Positions 29,124 to 37,709 of a stretch of DNA of 64,000 nucleotides are shown here, in pieces. How positions within the stretch are numbered: position 1 is the stretch's first letter; each line of letters begins with the position of its first letter. The translations under genes and the position numbers were made by a program. This stretch comes from Candidatus Spongiisociaceae bacterium (GTDB lineage Bacteria; Actinomycetota; Acidimicrobiia; Spongiisociales; Spongiisociaceae), in NCBI GenBank assembly GCA_965243835.1, contig OZ251578.1, positions 732,854-796,853 on the forward strand. Reading direction: 5' to 3'. The notes below the pieces were generated by a model. The model worked only from the letters and a program-made list of their open reading frames with translations. It did no database searches and was not told the origin of the DNA.

Positions 29124-30019
29124 ATCCCTTCCTTCCCGCCCGCGGCGGCCATCCGGGCGCCGCCCGCATCTTCCACCCGCAACGAGGCGGGCACCACCCT
29201 CCGTTCGATTAACGCCACGACGGCGACGAAGGTTATTCCCAAAAGGGATGCGATCAGAATGGAGGCGAACAGTTTGGCGGGGGCGGCGGAGAAGGCGGAG
29301 GCGAAGTTGAGGATGGCCCGCCCCAGGCCGTCCGGCATGCTGGCGGGCAACTCGCCCACGATGGCCCCGATGATGGAGGCGGTGGCCGCGATCTTCAACG
29401 CCGGGAACAGGTAGGGGAGGGCGGCCGGGGCTTGCAGTTTCCACAGTACCTGCCGGGGGGCGGCCGCGTAGGAGAGCATCAGTTCCGAGGCGGCGGCCGG
29501 GGGGGAGCGCAGGCCGCGCAGGGTGTTGATGGCCACCGGGAAAAAGGCCAGGTAGGCGGAAATTACGGCCACCACCAGCCAGCGGGGGACGCTGATCCGC
29601 CCCGCCCACACCACCAGGATGGGGGCGATGGCCAGGATGGGGATGGTCTGGGAGGCCACCACGTACGGCATCAGGCCCCGCTCCGCCAAAGAGGAACGGA
29701 CGAAGAGCGCTCCCAAGCCGAACCCCACCAGGGCGCCGGTCAGAAAACCGACCAGGGCCGAGCGCCAAGTGAACAGGGCGGCCCGCAACAACACCATCAG
29801 CAACATTTCCCCTCCCCGGCGGGCGGGACGGAACAGGGCGAACACCACATCCCAGACATGGGGCATGGACCGTTCGTTGGTGCGCACCGGCAGGTTGACG
29901 GAGGTCCCCGGCCACACCCCCCCGGTGGCGTTCCCCATCCATTTGTAGCCTTCCCAGAGCAGAACGAATACCGCCAACAGGCCCAAAAAGGCCGCGGTTC
30001 GCCGGGCGGCGGCGGTCAC
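29120..30019 (-). CDS. ABC transporter permease (NitT/TauT family)
   Basis: 299 aa multi-TM protein. First gene of the minus-strand operon. Confidence 0.8.
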   Translation of the reverse strand: MTAAARRTAAFLGLLAVFVLLWEGYKWMGNATGGVWPGTSVNLPVRTNERSMPHVWDVVFALFRPARRGGEMLLMVLLRAALFTWRSALVGFLTGALVGFGLGALFVRSSLAERGLMPYVVASQTIPILAIAPILVVWAGRISVPRWLVVAVISAYLAFFPVAINTLRGLRSPPAAASELMLSYAAAPRQVLWKLQAPAALPYLFPALKIAATASIIGAIVGELPASMPDGLGRAILNFASAFSAAPAKLFASILIASLLGITFVAVVALIERRVVPASLRVEDAGGARMAAAGGKEGI

Positions 30020-30122
30020 CGCGTCCCGCCTTGGGCGACGGGGGGCCGCAACCGGCGGCGCGGGAGGGGAGCGGGGGACATGGCTTTATCTTATAGCCCG
30101 CAACCCGGGCCGGGGGGCGCGA

Positions 30123-30947
30123 TCAGGAGAGGCGGCGGCGCGCCATCGCCCACCACAGGGCCGCCCCTCCCACCGCGGCCGCGGCCGCCGCGGCCGCGGC
30201 CCCGGAGGCGGCCGGGGTCGGTTTGGGCAGGGAGGCCAGCCGCGCCCGCAGGTTCACCGGACGGGAAAACTCCTCCACCGGCCATTCCCCCTCCTCGGCC
30301 CGGCGGCGCAGTTCCTTGTCCGGGTTGACCGCCACCGGACGTCCCACCGTTTCCAGCAGGGGCAGGTCGGAGGCGCTGTCCGAATAGGCGAAGCACTCCC
30401 GCAACTCCAACCCCCACTGCGCGGCCAAGTCGCGTACCGCCTCCGCCTTGCCGGGCCCGTCCGCATAGAAGGCCAACTCGCCCGTGTAGCGGCCTGCGGA
30501 GTCCACCAGGGAGCGGGTGGCGATCACGTGATCCACCCCCAGGTAATCGGCCAGCGGCTCCACCACTTCTTCGGGGGAGGCGGAGACCAGCACCACCCGT
30601 CGTCCCCGGCGGCGATGTTCGTCGAGCAGGGCCAGGGCCTCGGCGTAAACCAGGGGGGCGATCACATCGTCCACGGTTTCCCGCACCAGGCGGCGCACCG
30701 CCTGCGCATCCCACCCTTTGGTGAGGGCCAGCAACCGGTCCCGCACCCGGTCCAGCCGGCGCTGGTCGGCCCCCAGCAACAGATAAACGGCTTGGGCGGC
30801 CGCCGCCCGCACCAGGGTGCGCCGGCGCAGGTAGCCGGCCCGCCGAAAAGGCCTGCTGTACACCAGGGTGGAGGACTTGGCGATGACCGTTTTGTCCAGA
30901 TCGAAGAAGGCCGCCGCTGGCGGATCGGAAAAATTTTTCCCGTTCAT
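30123..30947 (-). CDS. HAD-IB family hydrolase (SerB-like) with C-terminal hydrophobic tail
   Basis: Motif I AAFFDLDKTV, motif II VVLVSASP, motif IV AYSDSASDLPLL. It occupies the position of the HAD gene in the actinobacterial helicase/secretion neighbourhood. Confidence 0.8.
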   Translation of the reverse strand: MNGKNFSDPPAAAFFDLDKTVIAKSSTLVYSRPFRRAGYLRRRTLVRAAAAQAVYLLLGADQRRLDRVRDRLLALTKGWDAQAVRRLVRETVDDVIAPLVYAEALALLDEHRRRGRRVVLVSASPEEVVEPLADYLGVDHVIATRSLVDSAGRYTGELAFYADGPGKAEAVRDLAAQWGLELRECFAYSDSASDLPLLETVGRPVAVNPDKELRRRAEEGEWPVEEFSRPVNLRARLASLPKPTPAASGAAAAAAAAAVGGAALWWAMARRRLS

Positions 30948-31085
30948 GTCGTCATTTTACCGCGCCCCGCACAGGGCTGTTCCGGAGGCGTTTCGCCTGG
31001 TCAGAGCGGCTTTTGCGCGGGTCGGCTCCGGGCCGGAGGGGCGGGCGAGGCCGGTATGTCAGGCCAGGTCGCGAAAAAAGGGGGT

Positions 31086-31114
31086 TGTCTATTTTCAAAA
31101 AGTACCTTATGTTG
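31086..31114 (+). promoter_or_regulatory. candidate promoter of the Tad operon (TTGTCT-17-TATGTT)
   Basis: Sits in an AT-rich stretch about 35 nt upstream of the ATG at 31149. By-eye prediction. Confidence 0.3.
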
Positions 31115-31148
31115 AATATCGCAAGCAAGCATTTCCAAATAAGAAAGG

Positions 31149-31685
31149 TTGGCGGAGATGCCTTTGGCCGTTCACACCCGGCACGATGACGTGCTCGGTT
31201 TGGTGGCGCCGGTGTTGATAGCGGGCGCCCATCCTACGGCTCTGGTGGTGGACCTGGACCCGGAGGGGATACCCTATCCGGGGCGGCGCACCCTGGCCGA
31301 CCTGATCGAGGACGGGCCCACCTTGGGGGAGTTGCGTCCCGCCCGCTCCGGGGTGGCGGTGATGCCGTCCGGCGGGGCGGAGGCGGAAGCGGCCCGTCCC
31401 GTTCTGACGGCGCTGTCGGAAGCCTGGCCGCAGGTGGTGATCCGGGTGCGGGAGCGGTTGCCGGGGATTCCGTTGGCCGAAGTAGCCCCCCTGTTGCCCG
31501 GGGTGGAATCCTCCGGCCGTCCCCGGGTATGGGTGAAAACCGGCGTGGGGCGAACGGAGCCGGGGCCCGGTCCGGTGGTGGAGGGGCCGGGGCGGGCGGC
31601 GGCCGCGGCCGTGCTGGCCGGCCGGGCGCCGGGCGGATGGCGCCTGCGCTCCTGGCGCCGGGTGTGGGAGTGGCCATGGGAGTAG
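31149..31685 (+). CDS. short CpaE/TadZ-like (Ssd-like) protein, degenerate
   Basis: First gene of the Tad cluster. LIAGAHPTALVVDLDPEG resembles the ParA/CpaE P-loop region but has no intact Walker A. At 178 aa it is shorter than typical family members. Confidence 0.4.
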   Translation: MAEMPLAVHTRHDDVLGLVAPVLIAGAHPTALVVDLDPEGIPYPGRRTLADLIEDGPTLGELRPARSGVAVMPSGGAEAEAARPVLTALSEAWPQVVIRVRERLPGIPLAEVAPLLPGVESSGRPRVWVKTGVGRTEPGPGPVVEGPGRAAAAAVLAGRAPGGWRLRSWRRVWEWPWE

Positions 31686-32731
31686 CCGACCGCCTCCTGC
31701 GCCGGGTGCTGGAATCCGATGTGGAGTTGACCCGGGAGAAAGCCCGGGCCGAAACGCGGCGCATCCTGGCGGAGGAATCGCCCCTGGCCCCGCCCGGGAT
31801 TGTGGAAACGGTAGTGGACAACCTGGTCGGCTTGGGGCCGCTGGAGCCCCTGTTGCGCGACCCGTCCGTATCCGACGTGCTGGTGAACGGCCCGGACGAA
31901 GTGTGGGTGGAGAGGTCGGGGGAGGTGGAACGCACCGGGGTGCAGTTCGCCGACCGGGAGGCGGTGTTGGCGGCCGTGGAACGCACCATCGCCCCGCTGG
32001 GGTTGCGCCTGGATCAGTCCAGCCCCCTGTTGAGCGCCCGGTTGCCCGACGGCAGCCGCCTGCATGCGGTCATCCCGCCGGTGGCCATCGACGGGCCGGT
32101 GGTGGCCATTCGCCGGTTCACCGCCTCCGCCCCCGACCTGGACACGTTCGTGGAATGGGGCGCGGTCACCCCCGGCCAGCGGGAGTTTTTGGCGGCCGCC
32201 GTCCGGGAACGACGCAACATCGTGGTCAGCGGCGGCACCGGGGCGGGCAAGACCACCCTGCTCAACGCGCTGGGGGCCATGGTGGACCCGGCGGAACGTC
32301 TGGTCACCATCGAGGACGCGGCCGAACTCCATTTTCCCGGGCATGTGGTGCGGCTGGAGGCACGGCCCGCCAACGCCGAAGGACGGGGGGAGATTACCCT
32401 GGCCGATTTGCTGCGCACCGCCCTCCGCCTGCGGCCGGACCGGATCATCGTGGGCGAAGTGCGGGGACCCGAGGCCCTGGAAATGATCTCGGCGATGAAC
32501 ACCGGTCACGATGGAAGCCTGTCCACCGTGCACGCCAACGGCCCCGAAGACGCCCTGTGGCGCATCGAAACCCTGGCCCTGTCCGCGGACCGGGCCGGGG
32601 AGACCGCGGTTCGGCGCCAACTCCGGTCCGCCATCCACCTGGTGGCGCACCTGTCCCGCCGGGGAAGCCGTCGTCGTTTGCAAGTAATCGCCGAAGTGGG
32701 TCCCGACGGGTGCCGGGAGGTTGCGGTCTGA
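31676..32731 (+). CDS. tadA: Tad/type IV secretion ATPase (CpaF/TadA family)
   Basis: SDVLVNGPDEVWVE, Walker A SGGTGAGKTTLLNAL, TIEDAAEL, and GHDGSLSTVHAN. Confidence 0.9.
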   Translation: MGVADRLLRRVLESDVELTREKARAETRRILAEESPLAPPGIVETVVDNLVGLGPLEPLLRDPSVSDVLVNGPDEVWVERSGEVERTGVQFADREAVLAAVERTIAPLGLRLDQSSPLLSARLPDGSRLHAVIPPVAIDGPVVAIRRFTASAPDLDTFVEWGAVTPGQREFLAAAVRERRNIVVSGGTGAGKTTLLNALGAMVDPAERLVTIEDAAELHFPGHVVRLEARPANAEGRGEITLADLLRTALRLRPDRIIVGEVRGPEALEMISAMNTGHDGSLSTVHANGPEDALWRIETLALSADRAGETAVRRQLRSAIHLVAHLSRRGSRRRLQVIAEVGPDGCREVAV

Positions 32732-33408
32732 TGACCGGTCCCGCGCTGTTGCTATTGGCGGTCGGCCTGGTTTGGGAACCCCGGCGGTGGGCGGAGGCGG
32801 CCGGGCTGGCGGCGACGGTGATCGTTCCGTGGTGGATAGTCCTGCCCGTTCTGGCCGGGTTGGCGGCCCGCCGCTTGATGCGCAGGCCGCGCCTGCAAGA
32901 GGAAGCGGCTTTTCTGCAGGCGGTGGCGGCCGAGTTGCGGGCCGGACGCAGCCTGCGGCACGCCCTGGTGCGGGGGTGGGAGCGGGCCCCGGATTTGGAC
33001 CTGGGGCGGATGACGCGCATGGCCGAAGCGGGCCGGCCGATGGAGGAAGTGGCCGCCGCCGCGGCCCGGGGGTTGCCCGGGACCGGCCGGTTGGCGGAGG
33101 CGGCGGTGCGCATCGGGGCCGAAAGCGGAGGAGGGGTGGCCCCGGTGTTCACCACCCTGGCCGGGATCGTGGCCGACCGGATCGAGCTGGGCCGGGAGAC
33201 GGCTTCCGCCACCGCCGCCGCCCGGGCCTCCATGTTCATTTTGGCGGTCATTCCGCTGGGCGGGTTGGCGGTTGCGGGACTCACCGGCCGGTGGGGGGCC
33301 CTGCTGGAAATGGGGGGTCCGGGTTTGGCGATGGTGGGTTTGGGGACGATATTGCTGCTGGGAGGGGCGGGGTGCGTGTTCTGGTTGGGAAGGGGGGCTG
33401 CCCGATGA
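32731..33408 (+). CDS. tadB: TadB-like pilus assembly membrane protein
   Basis: Assigned from position plus membrane topology (T2SSF-like). Its ATG overlaps the tadA stop. Confidence 0.6.
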   Translation: MTGPALLLLAVGLVWEPRRWAEAAGLAATVIVPWWIVLPVLAGLAARRLMRRPRLQEEAAFLQAVAAELRAGRSLRHALVRGWERAPDLDLGRMTRMAEAGRPMEEVAAAAARGLPGTGRLAEAAVRIGAESGGGVAPVFTTLAGIVADRIELGRETASATAAARASMFILAVIPLGGLAVAGLTGRWGALLEMGGPGLAMVGLGTILLLGGAGCVFWLGRGAAR

Positions 33409-34049
33409 CGTTTACGTTGTTTACGGCGGTTGCCTGCGGTTGGGCGGTGCGGTTGGCGTTGCCGACCCGCCCCCGCGAACGGCGGTGGGCGACGGCGGCG
33501 GCCGTAGTGTTGGCCGTCCATCCCGGGGCGGGATTGTGCCTGGGTTTCTCATGGGCGGCTTGGAGATGGGCGCGCTCCCGGCGCCGGAGCCGGGAAGCGG
33601 CCGCGGCCGCGGAACGGGAAGTGGAGTTGCTGGCCCGGGCGTTGCTGGTGGCCCTGTCCGGGGGGTTGTCCCCGGCCGCCGCCCTCCGCACCGCCCGTCG
33701 CTCGCTCAGCTCCGGATTGGGCGGGGAAGTGGATCGCATCCTGCGCGATTCGGCCCGCTCCGGATTGGCGGCCGCCCTCCTCTCCGCCGAAGGGACGGGC
33801 GGGCGCCTGTTCCGGCAGTTGGGGGCCTCCCACCTGTCCGGGGCTCCGATGATTTTGACCCTCACCGCCCTGGCCAAGGATCTGCACGAGTCGGCCCGGG
33901 CCGAAGCGGTGCAACGGGCCCGGAAACTTCCGGTGAAGATGGTGATACCGCTCTCGTTGCTGATGTTGCCCGGTTTTTTGCTGTTGATGGCGGGCCCCGC
34001 GGTTCTGCCCTCTTTCGAGAGGCTGATCGGCCCGATGGTGGGTTCCTGA
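33405..34049 (+). CDS. tadC: TadC-like pilus assembly membrane protein
   Basis: Assigned from position and T2SSF-like topology. ATGA overlap with tadB. Confidence 0.6.
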   Translation: MTFTLFTAVACGWAVRLALPTRPRERRWATAAAVVLAVHPGAGLCLGFSWAAWRWARSRRRSREAAAAAEREVELLARALLVALSGGLSPAAALRTARRSLSSGLGGEVDRILRDSARSGLAAALLSAEGTGGRLFRQLGASHLSGAPMILTLTALAKDLHESARAEAVQRARKLPVKMVIPLSLLMLPGFLLLMAGPAVLPSFERLIGPMVGS

Positions 34050-34112
34050 TGTCACTTCCCCCCGCACCGGCCGGCCGCCGGCGTCCCGCACGACGGGAGA
34101 AAGGAGAAAACA

Positions 34113-34289
34113 ATGGCCCGTTTGTCGGCCCTGATGCGCAACGAGGAGGGTCAGGTGACCCTGGAGTACGTTCTGGTCGCCTTGGCGGCGGCCGGACTGG
34201 CCACGGTTCTGATCACCTGGATCGGACGGTCCAAGCTGGTCACGGGGTTTTTCGGCTCCGTGTTCAAGACCGTCACCGGCATGTTCTAA
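34113..34289 (+). CDS. Flp-type pilin-like small protein (DUF4244-like)
   Basis: 58 aa ORF, too short to appear in the supplied track: MARLSALMRNEEGQVTLEYVLVALAAAGLATVLITWIGRSKLVTGFFGSVFKTVTGMF. AAGGAG Shine-Dalgarno 7 nt upstream. The G/xxxEY hydrophobic core is typical of Flp prepilins. It occupies the position of Rv3656c-type genes. Confidence 0.6.
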   Translation: MARLSALMRNEEGQVTLEYVLVALAAAGLATVLITWIGRSKLVTGFFGSVFKTVTGMF

Positions 34290-34312
34290 GAGCCGAGCGA
34301 GGCTCTGCGACC

Positions 34313-34648
34313 ATGGAATTCGCCTTCATTATTCCCCTAGTGGCGTTGTTGCTGGTGGGGGTGGTGGAGACGGCGGTGGCGGCCCGCACGTCGCTGCACC
34401 TGATTTCCGCAGCCCGGGAAGGGGCGCGGGCGGCGGCGGTCGCCCCGGATCCGGCCCGGGCCATCGCGGCCACCCGCCGCGCCTTGGGCGAGGAGTTGGG
34501 AAGCCGGGTGCGGATAACGGTGGAGCGTCCGTCGGTGACGGGTCGTCCCGCCAAGGTGACGGTGCGGCTGGACCATCAAGTCCTGTCCCTATTGGGCGGC
34601 TTCACGACGCCCCTGGAATTCTCCTCCACCATGCGGGTGGAGAGGTGA
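34313..34648 (+). CDS. TadE-like pseudopilin
   Basis: ...ERGSATMEFAFIIPLVALLLVGVVE is a TadE N-terminal motif. Start is uncertain: the ATG at 34313 falls inside the motif and I found no upstream in-frame start codon. Confidence 0.55.
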   Translation: MEFAFIIPLVALLLVGVVETAVAARTSLHLISAAREGARAAAVAPDPARAIAATRRALGEELGSRVRITVERPSVTGRPAKVTVRLDHQVLSLLGGFTTPLEFSSTMRVER

Positions 34649-35031
34649 GATCGGAACGCGGTTCGGTAACGGCGGCCATCCTAGGGGTGGCCGCCGTAAC
34701 CATGGCGGTCGCGGCCGGGTTGGCGGGAACGGGGCAGATTCTGGCCGCCCGGGGGACGGCCCTGGCCGCCGCCGAAGCGGCCGCCCTGGCTGCCGCTCCG
34801 GTGACATTTCGCCCTTTCGGGGCCGCGGGAAGCCCCCGGGAGGAGGCGGCCCGTTACGCCCGCAACAACGGGGCGGAGCTGGTGGAATGCCTGTGTCCGC
34901 CGGAGCCCGGTTACGAGGACCGCACGGCCGCGGTGAAAGTGCGGGTGCGGGGGTCGGTGTTGGGGTTGTTTCCGATTACGGTGGAGGCGGCCGCCGCCGC
35001 CGAGTTCCGTCCGGCGGCCCTGTTGCGTTAG
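34645..35031 (+). CDS. TadE-like protein of the helicase/secretion neighbourhood (Rv3654c-like)
   Basis: MRSERGSVTAAILGVAAVTMAVAAGL N-terminus and the conserved AAEAAALAAA...NGAELV pattern. ATGA-type overlap with the previous gene. Confidence 0.6.
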   Translation: MRSERGSVTAAILGVAAVTMAVAAGLAGTGQILAARGTALAAAEAAALAAAPVTFRPFGAAGSPREEAARYARNNGAELVECLCPPEPGYEDRTAAVKVRVRGSVLGLFPITVEAAAAAEFRPAALLR

Positions 35032-35497
35032 CCGGGGCGCCGTCGGCCGCGACCGGGGCGCATGTCCGGCACCGCCCCTCCACTTCCAAGGTGTGTCCGG
35101 TAAGGTCGTAACCTCCGGCCCCGGCGATCCGGTCCGCCGCCTCTTCTATCAAGGATTCCACTTCGGCGGACAACGAAATGTCGTCCACCGCTCCGCAGTC
35201 GACGCACACCAAATGATGATGGTGGCCGATTAGCCATTCGGCCATCTCGAAGCGGGTCCGGCCTCCCGGCCCATGGTGGGGGGACAGGACTCCCGCCCCG
35301 GTCAAGATCGCCAAGGAGCGGTACAGGGAGGACAGGGGGAGCGCGGCCCGAATCTCCCGGTGCAACTCCACCGGCGAGCGGGGTCCGCCGGCCCGGATCA
35401 GGGCCACCGCCACCTGCCGGCGGCCGGGGGTGTAGCGCAGGCCCCGTTCCCCGAGACGGGCGCGCACCAATTGTTCAATCTGGGCGACGGTGGTCAT
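34976..35497 (-). CDS. zur: Fur-family metalloregulator, probably Zur
   Basis: DNA-binding winged helix (RYTPGRRQVAVAL..., SLYRSLAIL), HHHHLVCVDCG and CRTC metal sites. Divergent from znuA. The 3' end overlaps the convergent TadE-like gene. Confidence 0.8.
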   Translation of the reverse strand: MTTVAQIEQLVRARLGERGLRYTPGRRQVAVALIRAGGPRSPVELHREIRAALPLSSLYRSLAILTGAGVLSPHHGPGGRTRFEMAEWLIGHHHHLVCVDCGAVDDISLSAEVESLIEEAADRIAGAGGYDLTGHTLEVEGRCRTCAPVAADGAPANATGPPDGTRRRRPPPP

Positions 35498-35526
35498 GGC
35501 CGACGGTCATTTGTAATTTGACCTCC

Positions 35527-35547
35527 TAATGATATTGGTTATCATTA
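35527..35547. promoter_or_regulatory. 21 bp palindrome TAATGATAttggtTATCATTA, candidate Zur/Fur box
   Basis: Perfect 8 bp inverted arms in the zur-znuA divergent intergenic region, about 45 nt upstream of the znuA ATG. Confidence 0.55.
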
Positions 35548-35590
35548 TAGAAAACCGACGACAGGTTGGCAAGCAGGGAAGGAAAGGCAA

Positions 35591-36805
35591 ATGAAAGAAA
35601 AGCAAATGAAAGTATGGCGGCGCAGTTGGGCGGCGCTGGCGGCGACCCTTCTGCTGGCAACGGCTTGCGGAGGCGGGGAACCGGCGGAAGGACCGGTGTA
35701 CGAGGAGGACGTTCCGCCCCCCATCTCCTCCGAGACCGTAATCTTGACCACCACTTCCATTTTTGGCGACATTGCGCGCAATGTGGCGGGAGACCGGGCC
35801 CGGGTGGACGTTATGATGCCGGTCGGGACCGACCCGCATGATTATGTTCCGTCCGCGGAGTTGGTGAACTCCATTTACCGGGCGAACCTGGTGATTTCGG
35901 GAGGATTCGCGTTGGAAGAGCGGATGACGGATGTGCTGGAGATTGCCATGCAAGAGGGGGTGAACCTGTTTGAGATAGGAGAGGAGGTGTTAGCGGACCA
36001 CGAAGCGGCGATCGGCGGAGATGATTCTCATGATGAGGAGGCCGGGGGGGATGATCACGATCATGAGGGGGACGCTGATCATGATGAGGAGGCTGGGGAG
36101 GATTCTCACGATCATGAGGGGGAGGCCGAGGGCGATCACGATGAGGACGCTGATCATGATGAGGAGGCTGGGGAGGATTCTCACGATCATGAGGGGGAGG
36201 CCGAGGGCGATCACGACCATGATGAAGAGGGCGCCGGTGAGGATTCTCACGAGGGTCACGCTCACGCTCACGGGACCGACCCGCATTTTTGGATGGATCC
36301 CATCCTGGTAGCGGAGGGGGCGTTGGCCTTAGGCGAGAAGCTGACCCCGTTCGACGGGTCGGAGGAATGGATGGCCGCGGCGCGGGCCTACGCCGACCAA
36401 CTGACCGCCCTGGATATGGAGATCAGGGAGATTCTGGCGGTCGTTACCCCCGAGCGGCGAAAACTGATTACCGGCCATGACGCATTCGGTTACTTCGCGC
36501 AACGGTACGGGTTTGAGGTGGTGAGCACGATCATCCCCTCGACGCACACCCTGGCCGAACCGGGGTCGGCGCATTTGGCGGAGTTGGTGGGGCTGATGAT
36601 TGAGCATGACATCCCGGCCATTTTCGTGGATATCATCGACACAGACTCCCCGGATTTAGGTGAAGCCTTGGCGGCCGAAGTGGGATCCGGAGTGCGGGTG
36701 GTGGAGTTGTACACCGGTTCGTTGGGCGGACCCGGGTCGGGGGCGGAAACCTTGATCTCCATGTTGCGCGTCAACGCCCAAAGAATCGCGGAGGCTCTCG
36801 GATAG
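35591..36805 (+). CDS. znuA: metal ABC transporter substrate-binding lipoprotein (ZnuA/TroA family) with His/Asp/Glu-rich loop
   Basis: Lipobox LLLATAC, DPHDYVPS, DPHFWMDP and a long HDEEAGEDSHDHEGEAEGDHD loop. Zinc specificity is inferred from the loop and the adjacent Zur. Confidence 0.85.
   Translation: MKEKQMKVWRRSWAALAATLLLATACGGGEPAEGPVYEEDVPPPISSETVILTTTSIFGDIARNVAGDRARVDVMMPVGTDPHDYVPSAELVNSIYRANLVISGGFALEERMTDVLEIAMQEGVNLFEIGEEVLADHEAAIGGDDSHDEEAGGDDHDHEGDADHDEEAGEDSHDHEGEAEGDHDEDADHDEEAGEDSHDHEGEAEGDHDHDEEGAGEDSHEGHAHAHGTDPHFWMDPILVAEGALALGEKLTPFDGSEEWMAAARAYADQLTALDMEIREILAVVTPERRKLITGHDAFGYFAQRYGFEVVSTIIPSTHTLAEPGSAHLAELVGLMIEHDIPAIFVDIIDTDSPDLGEALAAEVGSGVRVVELYTGSLGGPGSGAETLISMLRVNAQRIAEALG
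36071..36216 (+). repeat. 75 bp in-frame tandem duplication inside the znuA His-rich loop
   Basis: 36071-36145 and 36146-36216 are identical over 71 nt (DADHDEEAGEDSHDHEGEAEGDHD x2). A more diverged partial copy lies just upstream. Confidence 0.85.
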
Positions 36806-36839
36806 CCCCTCCGTCGTGCGTTCGCCGGCGGGGTGAGTA

Positions 36840-37682
36840 ATGGACTGGTTGACCGAGCCCTTTGAGTTGGGGTTCCAGCAACGGGCGCTGATCGGAGGGT
36901 CGTTGGCGGCCGTGTTGAGTTCGGTGGTGGGCACCTGGGTGGTCATTCGGGGAATGGCTTTCCTGGGCGACGCCTTGGTGCACGGGGTGATTCCGGGAAT
37001 CGCCTTGGCCATTCTGCTGGACTGGAATGTCCTGTTGGGGGCGGCGGTGGCCGCCTTGGTGATGATCGGGGGGGTGAACTTGGCGCACCGCCAGACCGTT
37101 TTCTCCGAGGACACCGGAATAGGTTTGCTGTTCGCGGGGATGCTGGGACTGGGGGTGATACTCATCTCCCGCACGCCTTCTTACGCATCGCAACTAACCG
37201 GGGTGCTGTTCGGCGATGTGCTGGGGGTGAGCGACGGCGACATTAGGGCCCTGACCGTGGTATTGGCGACGGCGGTCCTCGCTTCGGCGCTGTTTTACCG
37301 GGCTTTTCTGGTGTTGGCTTTCAACGAACGCATGGCCCGGTTGCTGGGAATGCGGCCCGCGCTGGCCAACGCGGTGTTGCTGGGATTGATCACCATGTCC
37401 ATTGTGGGGGCCTTCCGGACGGTGGGGACGTTGCTGGTATTCGGCTTGTTGGTCGGCCCGCCCGCCACCGCCGCCCTGTTGGCGCGGCGGGTTCCGGCGA
37501 TGATGGCCGCCGGGGCCCTGATCGGGATTTTCAGCGTAACGACGGGCCTCGTCATCTCCTACCATGCCGACACGGCCGGCTCGGCCACCATGGCCGTCAT
37601 CCCGGTGGTTTTGTTTTTCATAACGTTGACCGTCGTCAACCTGCGCGCCCAACGCAACCTGCGCGCCCAACGCGCTCGTTGA
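36840..37682 (+). CDS. znuB: metal ABC transporter permease (ABC-3/ZnuB family)
   Basis: FQQRALIGGSLAAVLSSVVGTWVVIRGMAFLGDALVHGVIPGIA is typical of ZnuB/MntB permeases. Confidence 0.85.
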   Translation: MDWLTEPFELGFQQRALIGGSLAAVLSSVVGTWVVIRGMAFLGDALVHGVIPGIALAILLDWNVLLGAAVAALVMIGGVNLAHRQTVFSEDTGIGLLFAGMLGLGVILISRTPSYASQLTGVLFGDVLGVSDGDIRALTVVLATAVLASALFYRAFLVLAFNERMARLLGMRPALANAVLLGLITMSIVGAFRTVGTLLVFGLLVGPPATAALLARRVPAMMAAGALIGIFSVTTGLVISYHADTAGSATMAVIPVVLFFITLTVVNLRAQRNLRAQRAR

Positions 37683-37709
37683 CCCGCCCCCGTCCCGCGC
37701 ACCGGAGGG

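Noticed and set aside
30020-30122. TPP (THI-box) riboswitch upstream of the operon encoding the NMT1/THI5-like binding protein
   Set aside because: I could not find the conserved CUGAGA / ACCUGAUCUGGAUAAUGCCAGCG-type elements on the minus strand of this leader.
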